Source: Marsupella aquatica
Lineage: Eukaryota; Plantae; Marchantiophyta
Direction: 5' to 3'
Assembly (NCBI GenBank): GCA_973895155.1
Contig: OZ316894.1
Span: forward strand, 13,697,580-13,761,579
Length of the DNA stretch: 64,000 nt
This document shows, piece by piece, positions 11,701 to 28,075 of the stretch. Position 1 is the stretch's first letter. Each line of letters begins with the position of its first letter. The position numbers and the translations under genes were made by a program. The notes under the pieces were generated by a model. The model had not been told where the DNA came from. It searched no databases and saw only the letters and a list, made by a program, of their open reading frames with translations.

Positions 11701-14700
11701 GCTTGCCGACGATGGTTATGTCGCAGTTCTTCATAGCTCTGACTATAACCATATGAGGCAAATTTTTTCTGCCGTCGAGCAAAAGAATAAATTTAAACAT
11801 GTCCGGCAGTATTCGGTTTTGCTTTCATCTCCTTTGTATCAGGCAGATATGGACATCGAGGTAAGATATCCTCAATATTTGTTGTGCAATTTTTGCTAGC
11901 GAGCTCGCTAACCAAAAGTGCCCATTTCTTACATATTCTCGTTTTCAATTCAGGTGGTTACTCTCATTATGGATGTCTTCTGCAAGGTGGAATTCTCGGC
12001 AAAAGTCCCGAAACATACAGGATATGTTCCAATGACTTCCTCGGAGGATGCCCGCCATAAATCAATGTTGAGTGTTTGCTACCCAAAAACTGATCCCAAT
12101 CCCAAGGCGGCTTTCGCAGGTTCCAATAGATTGTCAGTTGGGTTCATGCAAGCCGTAATGGAGATCCTTACTTTGCCAAAGGACATTGTCATTGATTGGA
12201 CTGTTGGAGATGGAAGTTCTTTTGCCGCTGGGGAATACGCTGGGAGATTTGTTGTGGGTGTTGAAGACCGAGACATTCTTCATCTGTGTGCGCAAAAAAC
12301 TTTGGCAAATGTGTTGGATAGACATGCCCAGAAGTTGAAAGGGGCCGCAGACCCGAAGAACGATGATCCCAATGATGAAGGGTCGGATGATGAGTTCACC
12401 ATCCCAGGAGATGATCAGGGAGGACCTTCAGACGAGAAGGATGAATTCAACCTGGAGTAAAGCACTTGGCCTTTGATGTAGAACTCCCTATTTGGTGTTT
12501 TTCTTTTGTTTGTAGAATTTTTGGATGTGTAGTATTGATCCGATTCTGGTGATTTCTTCAGTGATAGGCGTTCGGATTGGTTTTCGGAGGAGAGATTCCG
12601 ACTTTGGAAAGAAATCGAGGATCATTTTCTTGTGACCCTTGAGAAGGGATTTGCGCTTCCATGCTATGCTGAAAAGACTGCAAAGGAGGTTGATGAAGCG
12701 CCCGTTGTTTTGACTTGGGAGGGGAAAGGTCTGCGGTCAGTGAGGGGTGCTCGAAAAGCCCTTTACTGCCCTCAGTTCATAGATGATGAGGCTGGGACTG
12801 TAGCACAGTATGTTGACGATTCCGCTGAGGAGACTGATAGGGAGTCGAGTAGTGATCCTAGTAATTCCTCAGATGATTTGGAATCAGAGGATTCTCAATG
12901 ACTCATGGTCAATTTCAGATGCAATCTCATTCCAGAAGATATTTGTCATACCAAAGTTTTATTAAAGATGGATTGTGAAATGTTTTTTGACTTGGTTTTG
13001 TTCATAATGATGATGCCTTTTCATTCAGTTCAGTGTAGTGAAGATCTCGATTTTTGCGTTTGTGAATATTTAAGTATCTGCATTTTTGTTTTCTGTAACT
13101 GTTTCACAATATATATCGATAATCTTACTTGGGAATCCGCCTAACTACCCTGAAGTTACGCACAAACTTGCCTCGCTAGCCTGCTGTCCTCGCTAGCAAA
13201 ACTCCTGTTTGCTCGCACAATAGAATACCTCTGGAGACCTCCACAACTCAAGTCTATCAGGTCAAGGTCTTCAAGCATAGGCAGTGGCATCCTAATTTGC
13301 CAGGCAACTGCACAAGGAGATGGAGCACCAGAGCACAAGGTTGGCTCTATAATGGAGGAAAGTTATACTTTTCCTCCACCTTGATATCATTCTTGAATGG
13401 TACCACTGGCTACACCAGGAGGAAGTCCCTCCGATATAATTGGCCCCTCTTGTCTAGGCATCATGGATGTTCCCGAGGCTCGGCCCTCCATAGCTGCACA
13501 AAGGGGTTTGTAGTATCCGCCAGCCAACCATTTCCAACTATAGAGTCGGTCCCTGTGCAGCCCGACCTAATACTAGTAAGCCTGATGCAGGCCTTGGCCA
13601 TGCAGAATCACGCTTTTGCTGCCACCTTACAGACCTGGTGCAGTAGATTGATACCTCCTTCTTGGCCTGTTCTCTGTCCACTCACCTTTTTCTTTTCCCA
13701 ACCTTTTACATCCTTCTTCCATACTACCAGCGTGGATATCTGTGCAACACAAACACATTGAACCTCACATTTTGTATTGACGATATTAGGGCGTCTCAAA
13801 GTTGACAATTGATGGACCATTACTCCCTTGTTACGGGTTATGGACATGAAAAGTTACAGACTATGAAATTCATAGTCCGTAACTATTTGCCATACAGATT
13901 GGTTGCCCTTATCATCAGTCACTCTAGAGGCTGCAGACATAAAAAACAACAAAAACATTTACAAAACCTTGTGAAAAAGTTATGACCATTCCTTTATGGT
14001 CGAATGCCATCATCTATAATTTTGAAGCTTTGAGACGCCCTATTATGTAAATGACACACAAGGGCTGTCAGAACTCCTTTCTGCTTGCAATAGCAACATT
14101 TTTGTAACATAAACAATTTCAGCAATGACAATACTTTTGCTCGATAACACTTCCATGCGCGACAACATTTCCACTTGAATAGCTCTTTTTAGCTTGACAG
14201 CTGTCTTCTTGATTACACTCTTTACAGTATTTAGTCTCACACAACTCTATTCAGTGTCAGGTTATATTTTGGGTGGGTAATTGTAATTAGTGTTTGTGAC
14301 TAATATGGCATAGTGTCACTTGTACAAAATAGTGTTATATGAAAATTCAAGGGCTACCCCTAATTAGTGTGTGTGACACTAATTGTTTACTAAATACTGT
14401 AAAGAGTGTACTCAGTGCATTGCATAGGTATTGGGCTAGTCATATCAATTAGGATAGGATTGAAAGAGAGAACCATAACTAGAATATGGCAATCTTGAAA
14501 CCGGGACAAGACTTGTAAGAACACTCCCTCTGGTCCACCCAACAGACCAGCCAGGATGCCTTCGCATTTTGGAGCAGAAAGTGGGCCCCCACCAGCCTCC
14601 GCTATTGGTAAATGTATCTGCCAACCCCACATTTTTTGAGCCTGGCACGCGGGAGTTCCGGAGTTGCCTGCCATTCCTGTGCAACCACTCCGATCCATTC

Positions 14701-15143
14701 GTGGGGATTTATCAGACGGCTCACAAGTAGCAGAGTGATCCCAGGAGTGATCCCAGCTCCTGGTTTGAACACATTTTCAGCGGTAACTGGTAGGGTACAC
14801 CTTTCCCAACCCTAATGGAAGAGTCGAATGGTGGCCAATTGAGTTGGCCGCCTGCTTCGTTTTCCCTCAGTGCGGCACGGGATCTGCTTTGTATTTATTT
14901 ATTTGTATTGTATATATATATGTATGTAAGTTAGAGCAGAGCTACTGTCTGTCGTTCCTGGTTTAACGGAGGGCCAACAAACGCTCGCGACGCTGTTTCC
15001 TTTATGGTAGGGGTTGTAGGAGTTGCAACCCTGACACCTTTTGTAGAGAAGAGGGAGAACGAGCGCAAACCTCCTATAGTCCGTGACAGAAGCCGGCACC
15101 TTACATCCTTCGCAGTGCTGGTCACTCCAGCGTTACCTCTGGT

Positions 15144-18733
<3,590 letters not shown>

Positions 18734-21156
18734 CTGCTACTTATGGCAGTAAAGTTTAATCTGGCTCACTTATCAGGAACTTGAGCTTAGCTTTACAGGG
18801 ACGAGTTGGAATTTTTTGCCCTCTTAATTTGTGTAACTGCGAATCTCGGTGTTTATTTGTGATATTGGGATCTCTTGCTCAAGTAAGTTGGGTGGGATTT
18901 TCTTGGAGCTGGGCGTGTTCCGACCTCTTTTTTTGCAAGCTCATTTGTTTCTATTCGAATGCGTTCCGTACACTTGGGTATTTTGTGTGGCTAGTTCTTC
19001 AAGGATACAGTGATAACTGGAGGAGAGCTTACTGCAATTATGATTTTATGAGGACGGTGTAAGTAAAGCACAGTCTTTGGAGACACTATGGCATACGTCC
19101 AAGGAAGACCATATGGTCATCTTGGGAGACGATATGGCCGTATGTCCCTTCCAACTCCTACTAAGAGCAATTGGACGACTGGACAGATGGAAGGGTTGAA
19201 TTTAACGAAAAGAGACTACTTCAATAAAGAAGGTAAAAAAATACACATGTAAAGAGAAGTTCACGAAGGACCACAAAGAAACAAATTAATAAGTCTCATT
19301 TAAATAAATACCGACAAGCCCCACAAAATGTAAAAAAACGATAAACACTTCCATAGTCGTGACTATGTATGTCTATGAATTGTCAATGTACTTGTGCAGG
19401 CCAAGATGAGAAGCACTAGCGCCTACCCTTGTTTCTTTTTGTATTTTGGGCACGGCCGTGTATGGGTGATTACCGTTGTACTTGACTTATATATCACAAA
19501 GTGACCCATAGATCTATGAAGTGTGAATAAGCCACTACAATTTCATTTTCAAACCCTCTTTGTTTCATTTGCAAGCCCCTTCACCTGGTAACAAATGTGT
19601 GTAAATCTCTGGTGCCCACAGAGCTAGGAGAAGCCACTCGCACTTTTGAAAAGCTCTTTGCATCACTTGCGAGCCCCTCATCTGGTAGCATATGTGCGAA
19701 ATTTCTGGGCCCCGCTGAGAAAGGTCTATGCTAAGCATCCCATGTACTGACCTGATTATTTTTGTGTCGTGCACCTCCATGGTTTCACCTCTGGTATCAC
19801 ACTGGCCATCCATTTCTCTTGGTGTTGGAGAGAATATTTCTGCTGCCTGAGTTGGGGAGCCATGCCACCATAAACTAGAGAATGTTCAATGTTATGCTTC
19901 ATGTAGTACCCAGGGTGGTATCGATAATGTCCCCAACACTGAGCTCTCCAAAGCTTCTCTTCATGTTACAAGATTGAGGTATTCGCAGCTAATACCCAAG
20001 GAACCAGAGTGACAAGCTTGCAAAGCTTGCACATAGAGTTATCTTACTCTTCTTCATGTAGTACCCATTGTGGTATCGGTAATATTCCATCAGTAAAAAG
20101 TTGAATCTCCACGTTCAGTCTATTCGTCAGTGGCCAGAAACAAACGTTTTGCCAAACTCTTCTCACAAAAATCCTGAGAATGCGACATTAAATCAGGTTA
20201 GAAAGGTACTTAGGCAAGAAGTAAAATTGGGTCTTTCGATCTTCTGTTTGCTACCTGGTGCAGTTGGCCACCTCTTCAGCTGTGGGAAAGGGGCTCTTGG
20301 ATTTGCTGGTATGGTATTGCTGGAATTGGACCCTTCAGGTTTGTTGGCCTAATTACATACATGATGTCGAACACTAGGGACAGTTATACCAAGAGCCCCC
20401 ACAGCCACCATTAGAACTTGACTGAAGTTATGTCAACGGTCCTAGCAATTCAACCCTTGGGGAGGCACAGGAACAGATAGAGCTCGGACACTTTCTTCTT
20501 TCAGGAAGCTATCATTAACACAACGGCGACAAAACGAAGCGCTGGATATCTGTAGCAGCCCTCAGTCAAACTGGTAACTGGACAGAAGCTTTCATCTCAT
20601 CATGGTAACCCAGGATAAGACTGGAAGGCTTGATCTCTACCAACAAGGGTACATCAGAATCTCACGCGGTCAAGAACATGGGATAACAAGACAATCACAC
20701 AAGATTCCTTCTTGATGTCACCAGACTCCATCGCTAGAAGTGTAGATCCAAGGACAGTCATATGTAGGTAGTTGATGCTAGCTTATAGCATTAAAAACAT
20801 AACTTCTGCGGTAAGATGAAGAAAAATGTACGAGTCACATCATCAATTGCTTTCTTTGCGAACCCATTCACGACAACAATTATCTGTTGCCGAATGACTG
20901 CAAATTGCAACCTCCTCAGGTTTGGACGTAGTGTGTCAGTCATGTAAAGTTGTACAACACTCACAGATCATTATCCACGACGCATTACCAACTCAGAATT
21001 ATCGTTCCAGCAACTCAAAATCTTGTGGTTGCATGATTTCCTCTACATAAAAGATGTATTTATCCCGAAAATGTGGACTGGCCTCAATTTGACTCCAGTT
21101 TAAAAAAATTGTTACCGTCCAAAGTGTCACCATGGCATGAAATACTCGAGACGTCT

Positions 21157-24100
21157 TTACCTCCCTCTATTCCATGCTTCACTAATAATGGCATCTCTTT
21201 GGGCTAACGAGACAAGCCGCTGGCCTCCACCATTGTTCCAAACCCCACGACCTTGCGGTCTGCTAGAGTTATTACTCTCAGTCTCCACCTCAGTCCGGCC
21301 CCACGGATTGGAAGATGTAGAATCCAACAGTGCTGAGGCTGAGCCGTCACCTAGGCGAACTCTTTGAAATTTAGGTGTCTTTTTTTTCTTCCTATCACTC
21401 CCAACCGAAGAGTCCGCTCCACTTCTTCCCTCTTCACCGGGCTTAGTCGTCCCACACGCAGCACAAAGTAAGGAGCCTGCAGTGTTGACAAGTGTACAAA
21501 GTCCACAAGGCCATCCTCCTCCCAACATTGCCGAAGGCTTGTGAGAGACAAGAGTATGTGGAGACTCTGGAAGAAGGGGTGGAAAGGACCTCACCAGAAC
21601 CTGTGGCGTACGGTCTCTGGCAGCAGCAAGCTCATTTAATAGAGTTCCCTCCGCGCTCGGTATCACATCAACACGAACACCAGATGAACTACCATCGGTA
21701 GCTGTAATCTTGAACTTCCCCTTTTGTCTTCGATAGCCATCAGTTGACAAGACTTCAACTAAACCATCATCCGCGTCTGCTCTGGAGGAAGTCCCTAAAC
21801 TGACTTTAGATCTGGCACTGAAATCTGAGGAACTGCTTCCTGAGTCGGAACTAGAGCCTTTGACAGCTTGAGCCACAGCGAGGGAAGAAGAGCTCGAAAA
21901 TGCTCCAGCCAAACCAGGAAGTAGACTTCTAGGGTCAACGACATTATTGGTGAGCTGTGCAGCATGTAAACCCAACAATTCTTTCCCCTTCCTTGGATCC
22001 GGACAAAGTCTGGCAAGCTCTGGGACGACGTAAGAAAGGCCAAGACGCGCAATGTGGACGTAGTAGTCTTTGGAATTCATTTCCCCTTTCCTGAACAAGG
22101 AAGAGACATCCTTAAAGTCTGCAAAGCGCTGCTCATTGCCTTCCAAACCTGCACGGATGCGCTCTACCAAAGCTTTATTTGCTGCACGAATGTCCTCGAG
22201 ACTTAAATTGACAAGTTGGTTGCTTTGTTGTTTCCCTACAACCCCCATTTCTCTCGATGGTATCCCATTTCTGAAGTTTGAAGACTGCCCGACAGTTTCA
22301 AATTGGATGGCAACCGGCGACGCCTGTATCGTACTGACAGAATTTCTTGAATGGGCTGGTCCGACAATGTCATTCCGACTTGTACTGCTCAAACTGTGAT
22401 GACTTTGGGCTGTCTGAAACTCCTGTGAGCGACCTGGGGATGATCGGTTGTCAGAAGCATTCAAGACCCGTATTCCGGCCCTTGCACTCGTACCAGATAC
22501 ATTTCCACCAAGCAGAGCTGCCATTGATGCTGGACCCTGATTTTTCAGCTTTGCTCGGCGTCGAGCACTTTTGGAAGTTCCTGGTAGAGGTGGGAATGCT
22601 GCATCACCAAGTGCTGAGGGTCCCGCGCCCCACACAGCAGCAAGATATCGAGAAGGCTCAATGTCAGTATCACCTTGAACTTGAGATGAAACCCCCTCAA
22701 GATGATCAATATTAGAGATCTCAACAGCACTATGAGTATCCACCATTACAGCTTCATGAGTGTTGGGAGATATGACTAGCGATTCTCGAACAGCATTTTC
22801 AAGATTTGCTGATTCGACACTGGCAAGAACAGCTGCACCAAGTTGGTCGTTTCTTGCATTCGATGCGTACGGATGACCACCTCGACCCCTGCCACCTCGT
22901 CGAGAGGAGTAGCTACCACTATTATCATCTGAAGAGTCTTGTCCAGGTCGGCGGTAATGAAAACTGACCGGTATCTACAAAAATTGATGAGAACGAGGAC
23001 ACAGTTACTACCTACCCATCTCATAACAACAACCAGAGTCACTCTAGACAAAAAAAATGGGAAGAGTGGAAAAAACAGTTAATCATCGCTTTCATTGTCC
23101 CGTTCCAACTGTTCGACGTGAATTGAGGATTCGAGTACCTACCTTGCAGGCATTCACACGCATCAGAAAGGGGAACCATGATAAATCTTTCAACCTATCT
23201 AGCAATCAAACTCATAACAAAGCCAGGTCCTAGCTGTATTACATCTCGAAATCAGGGGAATAGTGTTTTCTGATATTTTCTCATCAACGATTTCGAAAAG
23301 TCTTTTGACCTTTCATCCACAGAAACTAAGCACAGATGACCTGCACGGGCAATGATGAGAACGAAGGACTGTAAGCTGCTTTAAAGAAACCACAACAGAC
23401 CTGTAAGGCAGCATTTCTCTGTGAACGTGACATGTGTCCACCATGTGTAGTTGCATTGTGTCTCTGGAAGTATCATTTGGCAGACAGAAAGGAGGCCGTT
23501 AACTTCTTGGCATGAAGCAGAACACATGGGACCCAACTCTTCTAATCTCATTAATTTTGAACAAACATCGGACCAACACTGCAAAGAAATTAATTTACAG
23601 ACGATTCACCCTTTAACAAACATTAGCATGTACGACAAGGTATAGGTTCGCAAGTAAACAGAACTCTTCTATCCAGTCTTGTTGTACAAGCTTTCAGTTG
23701 CTCAAAGCTCGAGGACGTTTCTAACGTTCGAAAGTATCACCAAACCATGGAAGTTAAATGTGTGACTGATTACAGAAACTACGCAGTTGCTTCCAGTCGG
23801 AGCCTTCGTGGCCTCAGAAACTCCAAGCATGATCAGTCTATGTCTAGTCTTAAAGCGAGTCATTCAATGTTTCGTCCTAGAACTTCTTTTCTGGGAACTG
23901 GGTGAAAAGACTTCCTACCTTCAGCTCTGCTTCACTGGGAAAGACGACAAACTTCTTCGCAAGACACTCAGGGTTCTCACAGAGTAAATGCTCTTGTCGA
24001 AAATGGGCCTGCAAACGACCTGCCTTATTAAAACCAAATACGAGTAAGCTTGCAGAAAGAAACCTTACCGCTCTCGAGCTGAAATTTGTACGGGAAGAAG

Positions 24101-27100
24101 TCAAGCTATCAGTTGAAGGCTCTTTCAGAGGCCTATCTTCGTTGAGAAAGTTAGACGATTAGGACTTCCAAAAGTTTACAAAAGAACACTCCATTGTTAT
24201 GCAAGCGAAAACAAGGACCTACGTTAATTTACATCTCCCTCTGAAAATTAGACATCGTGCCGATAGTGTCAATTGTGCAGATGTGAACTTCATACGAAAT
24301 TGGATCAAATAGAGTACTTTTACAGTTCCTCTTACTATGAAAAATGAAACAAGTGTGAAAATGCAAGTGAAGATAAACACCAACTTAATATTACTTCGGC
24401 AAATGGGTTTTGGAAAGACTCCAGTTTTGAACTAATTGTGAAGCTCAAGAAAACCTTGTTTGCGAACAAGAATTCTACATAATCTCGGTTTAATGAAATC
24501 TAGTTAATAAAGAATACTGGAAAGATCATGCACACAACCATCAAACAATTATCCCGAATTTGTAGTCAAATTCACTTCCAGAAGACCCTGAGTATCACCT
24601 CTAGATCATCATAATTCCGATAATATTCGTAGTGGCCTGGCCTAGCTCTACAGAACCACATAAAAGATGAGGGTTAGTAGACCACACAGGTAGTTATTAA
24701 GCCACTAATGAATAATATTACGAGAAAATACATTACTCACCAAAATAGAAACCCTGCAACAGAAGCAGATTTCAATTCCCCAAACAGTTAGCAAAGGTGT
24801 GTGTTGGGAGCAGACAACTGTCCCACAATAAAATGACAATCTCAAGCTTCAAGTTTATCAACATTTATTCGAGGGAGCACTTTGAATGGCGTTCATGCTT
24901 TAATTAAGTCACCGTGGTAAAATTCATACTTACACCATTTCTGGTGAGTATTCCCACTATATGGGTGAGTCTTCCTCTTGTATGTTTCTAGATCAATCAC
25001 TCGGTCTAGGGAATCTGTTAGAAATACAGTTTCATGGTCAGCTTGTGGAGTGACAGCTATATTGTTTATACGAATGAAGGATTACTCATGTCGAAACGGA
25101 TGATAGGCTCCGAGGCAAAACGTTCAGGAAATAAGGTGGTGCTGAGCATAGCTGCCGCGGTATTAGTTTGACGTGAAACATTATGTGGGGCGAAGCTAAC
25201 ACCTAGTATATGTGGGTTGATCATGGAACTCAGATGCTAACTCTAATAAAGTGGCTCTAACTTTAATCACCAGAGATCTGGGCCTGGATGAAACCTTGTT
25301 GTCTGACAAAAGATTTGTCCGACTTGGGTGATAGCCTTTACTTAAACCGCACTCCAGACAAAAATTGATGAGCATCGATATGAGGATCGGAATAGCTGTG
25401 GGGAATAGATGTTTTGCATCTTTTCAACAGCTTGATCCCATTTGTTGGTAACCTAACTGCCTCGTGACTCTTATATTCTTCTAGTGCAGATTCCTATCAC
25501 TAGTCCAAATATCTTCTTAGGTCCGCAACATTTTGTTTTTCGTTAGGCCTAATTTCTCGACGAACTAAATCTTTCAAAAACGATCATCAATCCTGCTACT
25601 GTTTTGAAATTAAAATTTGATTCTTGTGTATATTTTAAATTTATTCGCTCGATGCTTTTGTCTAGACAAATTGAAGGTCACCACAGTCCAAACTGCAGGA
25701 CTGGAAATTGACTGACAAGACGTTGTCGAGTTCGATCCCCTGGTTGGAGTTATTCAGACCCGTTTATCAGTTTCTTCCATCCAAGGACTATGGATGAAGG
25801 CTACAAATCGGAATGCACAAAGAGCTGTGTCGCCTACCCATGTCCACTAAGTTCTAGGATTCCTAAACAGCCCTTGCTAAAGGACGGGAATCAAGAAACT
25901 ACGACCAACGAGGAATTATAATACATCCCTGACTACTAACTGTAGAGAAATAAGGCATATTATACAGAGAGACGGATTTATCGCCCATTAAATCGTCAAC
26001 TAAAAAATGTGAAAGCAAATATACTCTGCAGTGAACTACATGTGTTTAGCCTTCACTAGAAAAAACTAACAGATTTGATAATCTTCTCCTTCGTCAATTG
26101 CTGTCTTAATCAAATAGCTACCACAGAACTCTTAAATAATGAATTCGACAACTGTACATATTCTCTCTTCTTATTGTTCATTCCCTGAAATGCTACATGT
26201 TGCTTGCTGCAAGCTGCGAACCCACGAGGCATTACAAGAGATATAGAGCCTTCTGTTCACTGCTTTCATTACTTTCCTGTTTTGATGGACTACAAGGTTA
26301 CCCAAGCAATTCTTTTTGTTTCTATTCAACTGCCTCGATTCTTTTCACATTTGATCCCGTCAGGTGATGATGGATATCCATTCCAAACAAGAATCATACT
26401 TAGTTCCACTAAGTCAGGCATTGCAAGGAGAGCAAAAATATCAGACACCTCTGGCATAAGGGCCAGACCCATACCTTTGACAAATGTGGCAGGTGTAATG
26501 CTCTTGTGACATGTGCTGGTAGAGCTCATTATCTCCATAAAAAGGTTTTCGGCAGAAATCACACATTGGATGTCCAGCAAATCCCCCTCGTTCCTCTTCA
26601 TTTCCATCAACTTCTGAGTCTCCCCTTCGAGAATGTTGATCCAGCTGGGACTTGGAATATAACTTCTGTTCACATATAAATACCTGTACAAGTAAAACCA
26701 TGCACCCGTCAACCAGACTAACTTCGGTAATTTGGATTGAACTAAATTGCCCAGAAAACTCGGAGAGATCAGTTGCATGACAAATATGGATGTAATGATG
26801 AATTAATTTGAAGTTAAAGGATCGTCACCTTCCTGCCTTCTAAGCACAATTCACACATGAAGACTTTGTGCACAGTGGACTGATGGCGCCGTAATGTGTC
26901 TATATTCTTAAATGTATATCCTCTCTTCATCATACCCTTGGCCACCGGTTCTCTTTCCACAGCCTTTTCACAGATGCTACAATACAGCCTACACATAGCT
27001 TTTATGATTTTGAAGGGCTCCTCATCATCAAAGTATGCTTCCACAACATTGTCATAACATAAATTCCCCTGCCCCGAGCTGTGATTGTGAATTAGCAATG

Positions 27101-27751
27101 ATTTCCAGTCTGTAACAACCCTTGTGTAGTCACCTAAAGCCTGCAGTTTTCAATTGCAAGTTACTCTTAGTTAGATGCACTGGACAGAAAACTACATTGA
27201 CTAGTACTCCTGAGAAAGACATTCTGCCATAGACTTATTGCGCCTCTTCGCATCTAACAGCTTGAGGAGACTGCCAAGACAGAATTCAGGACAGGGCCTA
27301 GTTCTGGACATTTGAGTTGCGAAGCCATAGTAACCAACAGCTCATAACTGTGTCAGGTAACAACGGCAGAGACCATCTAGTAAATATAGCCTCGAGATCT
27401 AATATATGGAAGAAAAGCATTGCATGGTAATCAGCAATCTGCTCAATTTGGCTTGAAGAAGCCACGGTAGTGCCCCATCCTGAATCATTCCGCTACTCCA
27501 GTATCAAATTTCCTCTTGCAGCAACAAAACAAAAACGCCGGAGAGAAAACAGACTAAAGCTCTGACCTAGCGTAGGAACAAACCTTTGTAACATACACAG
27601 TTGGACAAAGTTGCTTGCAAATGCAACAATTCTTATCATTGAGGACAAAGCGCAGCCGTGCAATGCATCTAAAGCACACTTCACGGTGACCACAAGGCCC
27701 ATAGCCAATCCACTCCAAGGGCTCGGCGCAGACAGCACAGCAGTCTTCCAT
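21157..27751 (-). CDS. HEL2: HEL2/ZNF598-like RING + C2H2 E3 ubiquitin ligase with a C-terminal RanBP2-type zinc finger, 7 coding exons
   Basis: Exons 27751-27584, 27140-26829, 26683-26475, 24647-24599, 24008-23919, 23463-23401 and 22974-21157. N-terminal CAVCAEPLEW..GPCGHREVC RING, GHPMCDFC, HYTCHIC, HLLCENPECL, and WPCGLCTLVN...CAACG. Confidence 0.92.
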
Positions 27752-28032
27752 GATTTGGAACAAATTACTTTCAAAAAGGTCTGGATAATCACGTCAGCTT
27801 TATATCTGCAACAACATTTTAAATCTGACCAAAACACGTTAGAACGCATTTCTTGTAAACTAGAAAACAAATTTCCTAGGCCAACGGACTATCAAATTTT
27901 TGTCAAAGGATACACATAAACTCCACTGCCCAAAGCTGAGCAATGGCAGTAACGTAGGAGTAAACTTTTCCCATTCTCATTAACAAACGAACAATTTCAA
28001 TTACAATAATGTTCCTCTCCGAGCTCAGACAC

Positions 28033-28075
28033 ATGACCAGTCTGTGACTGATGACCAGTCTGTGACTGATGACCG
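28033..28075. repeat. Short tandem repeat (18-bp unit ATGACCAGTCTGTGACTG, about 2.3 copies)
   Basis: Direct repeats visible in the sequence upstream of the HEL2-like ATG. Confidence 0.8.

Larger units (their letters stand above)
62..11912. repeat. Dispersed 16-18 bp palindrome CTAGCGA-NN-TCGCTAG
   Basis: Copies at 62-79 (perfect), 243-258, 2149-2168 (intron), 4522-4539 (intergenic), 9693-9710 (intron) and 11895-11912 (intron); half-sites at about 1221, 13172 and 13189. Confidence 0.85.
4926..12460 (+). pseudogene. Spliced ParB/Srx-like domain + beta-class amino-DNA-methyltransferase-like fusion gene (about 1085 aa reconstructed), interrupted by a 4-kb insertion
   Basis: Exons 4926-5128 joined to 9135-9635, then 9728-11092, 11178-11860 and 11954-12460, with phase-compatible GT-AG introns. 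Removing the insertion restores EPYSVVINRHLFPFG. VFDGNHRLYSW lies at about 9481-9513, and DIVIDWTVGDGSSFAAGEYAGRFVVGVE (SAM-binding motif I pattern) at about 12182-12265. Stops at 9559, 10176 and 11014; one extra T in the 10638-10644 run. Confidence 0.75.
62..13200. mobile_element. Putative two-gene Mutator-like DNA transposon (transposase + ParB/MTase-like gene, divergent); termini not resolved
   Basis: Head-to-head genes about 650 bp apart, similar short introns (85-93 bp), similar decay, and a shared palindromic motif from 62 to about 13197. No TIR or TSD identified; the left end may lie outside the window. Confidence 0.55.

Noticed and set aside
19560-20700. Possible LRR-receptor-kinase relic on the minus strand (NLKGPIP, DIIDTTL, IFSPTPR words)
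   Set aside because: Only scattered short motifs with no continuous frame; cannot be supported without a search.
25165-25180. 14/16 match to the bacterial parS consensus (AGTTTGACGTGAAACA) in a HEL2 intron
   Set aside because: Single imperfect copy far from the ParB-like gene; compatible with chance.
25150-25200. Short rRNA-like words (gctgccgcggta, ggggcgaagcta)
   Set aside because: Matches are about 12 nt with no extended rRNA similarity.
25720-25752. tRNA/SINE B-box-like GTTCGATCCC
   Set aside because: No A-box or cloverleaf could be built.
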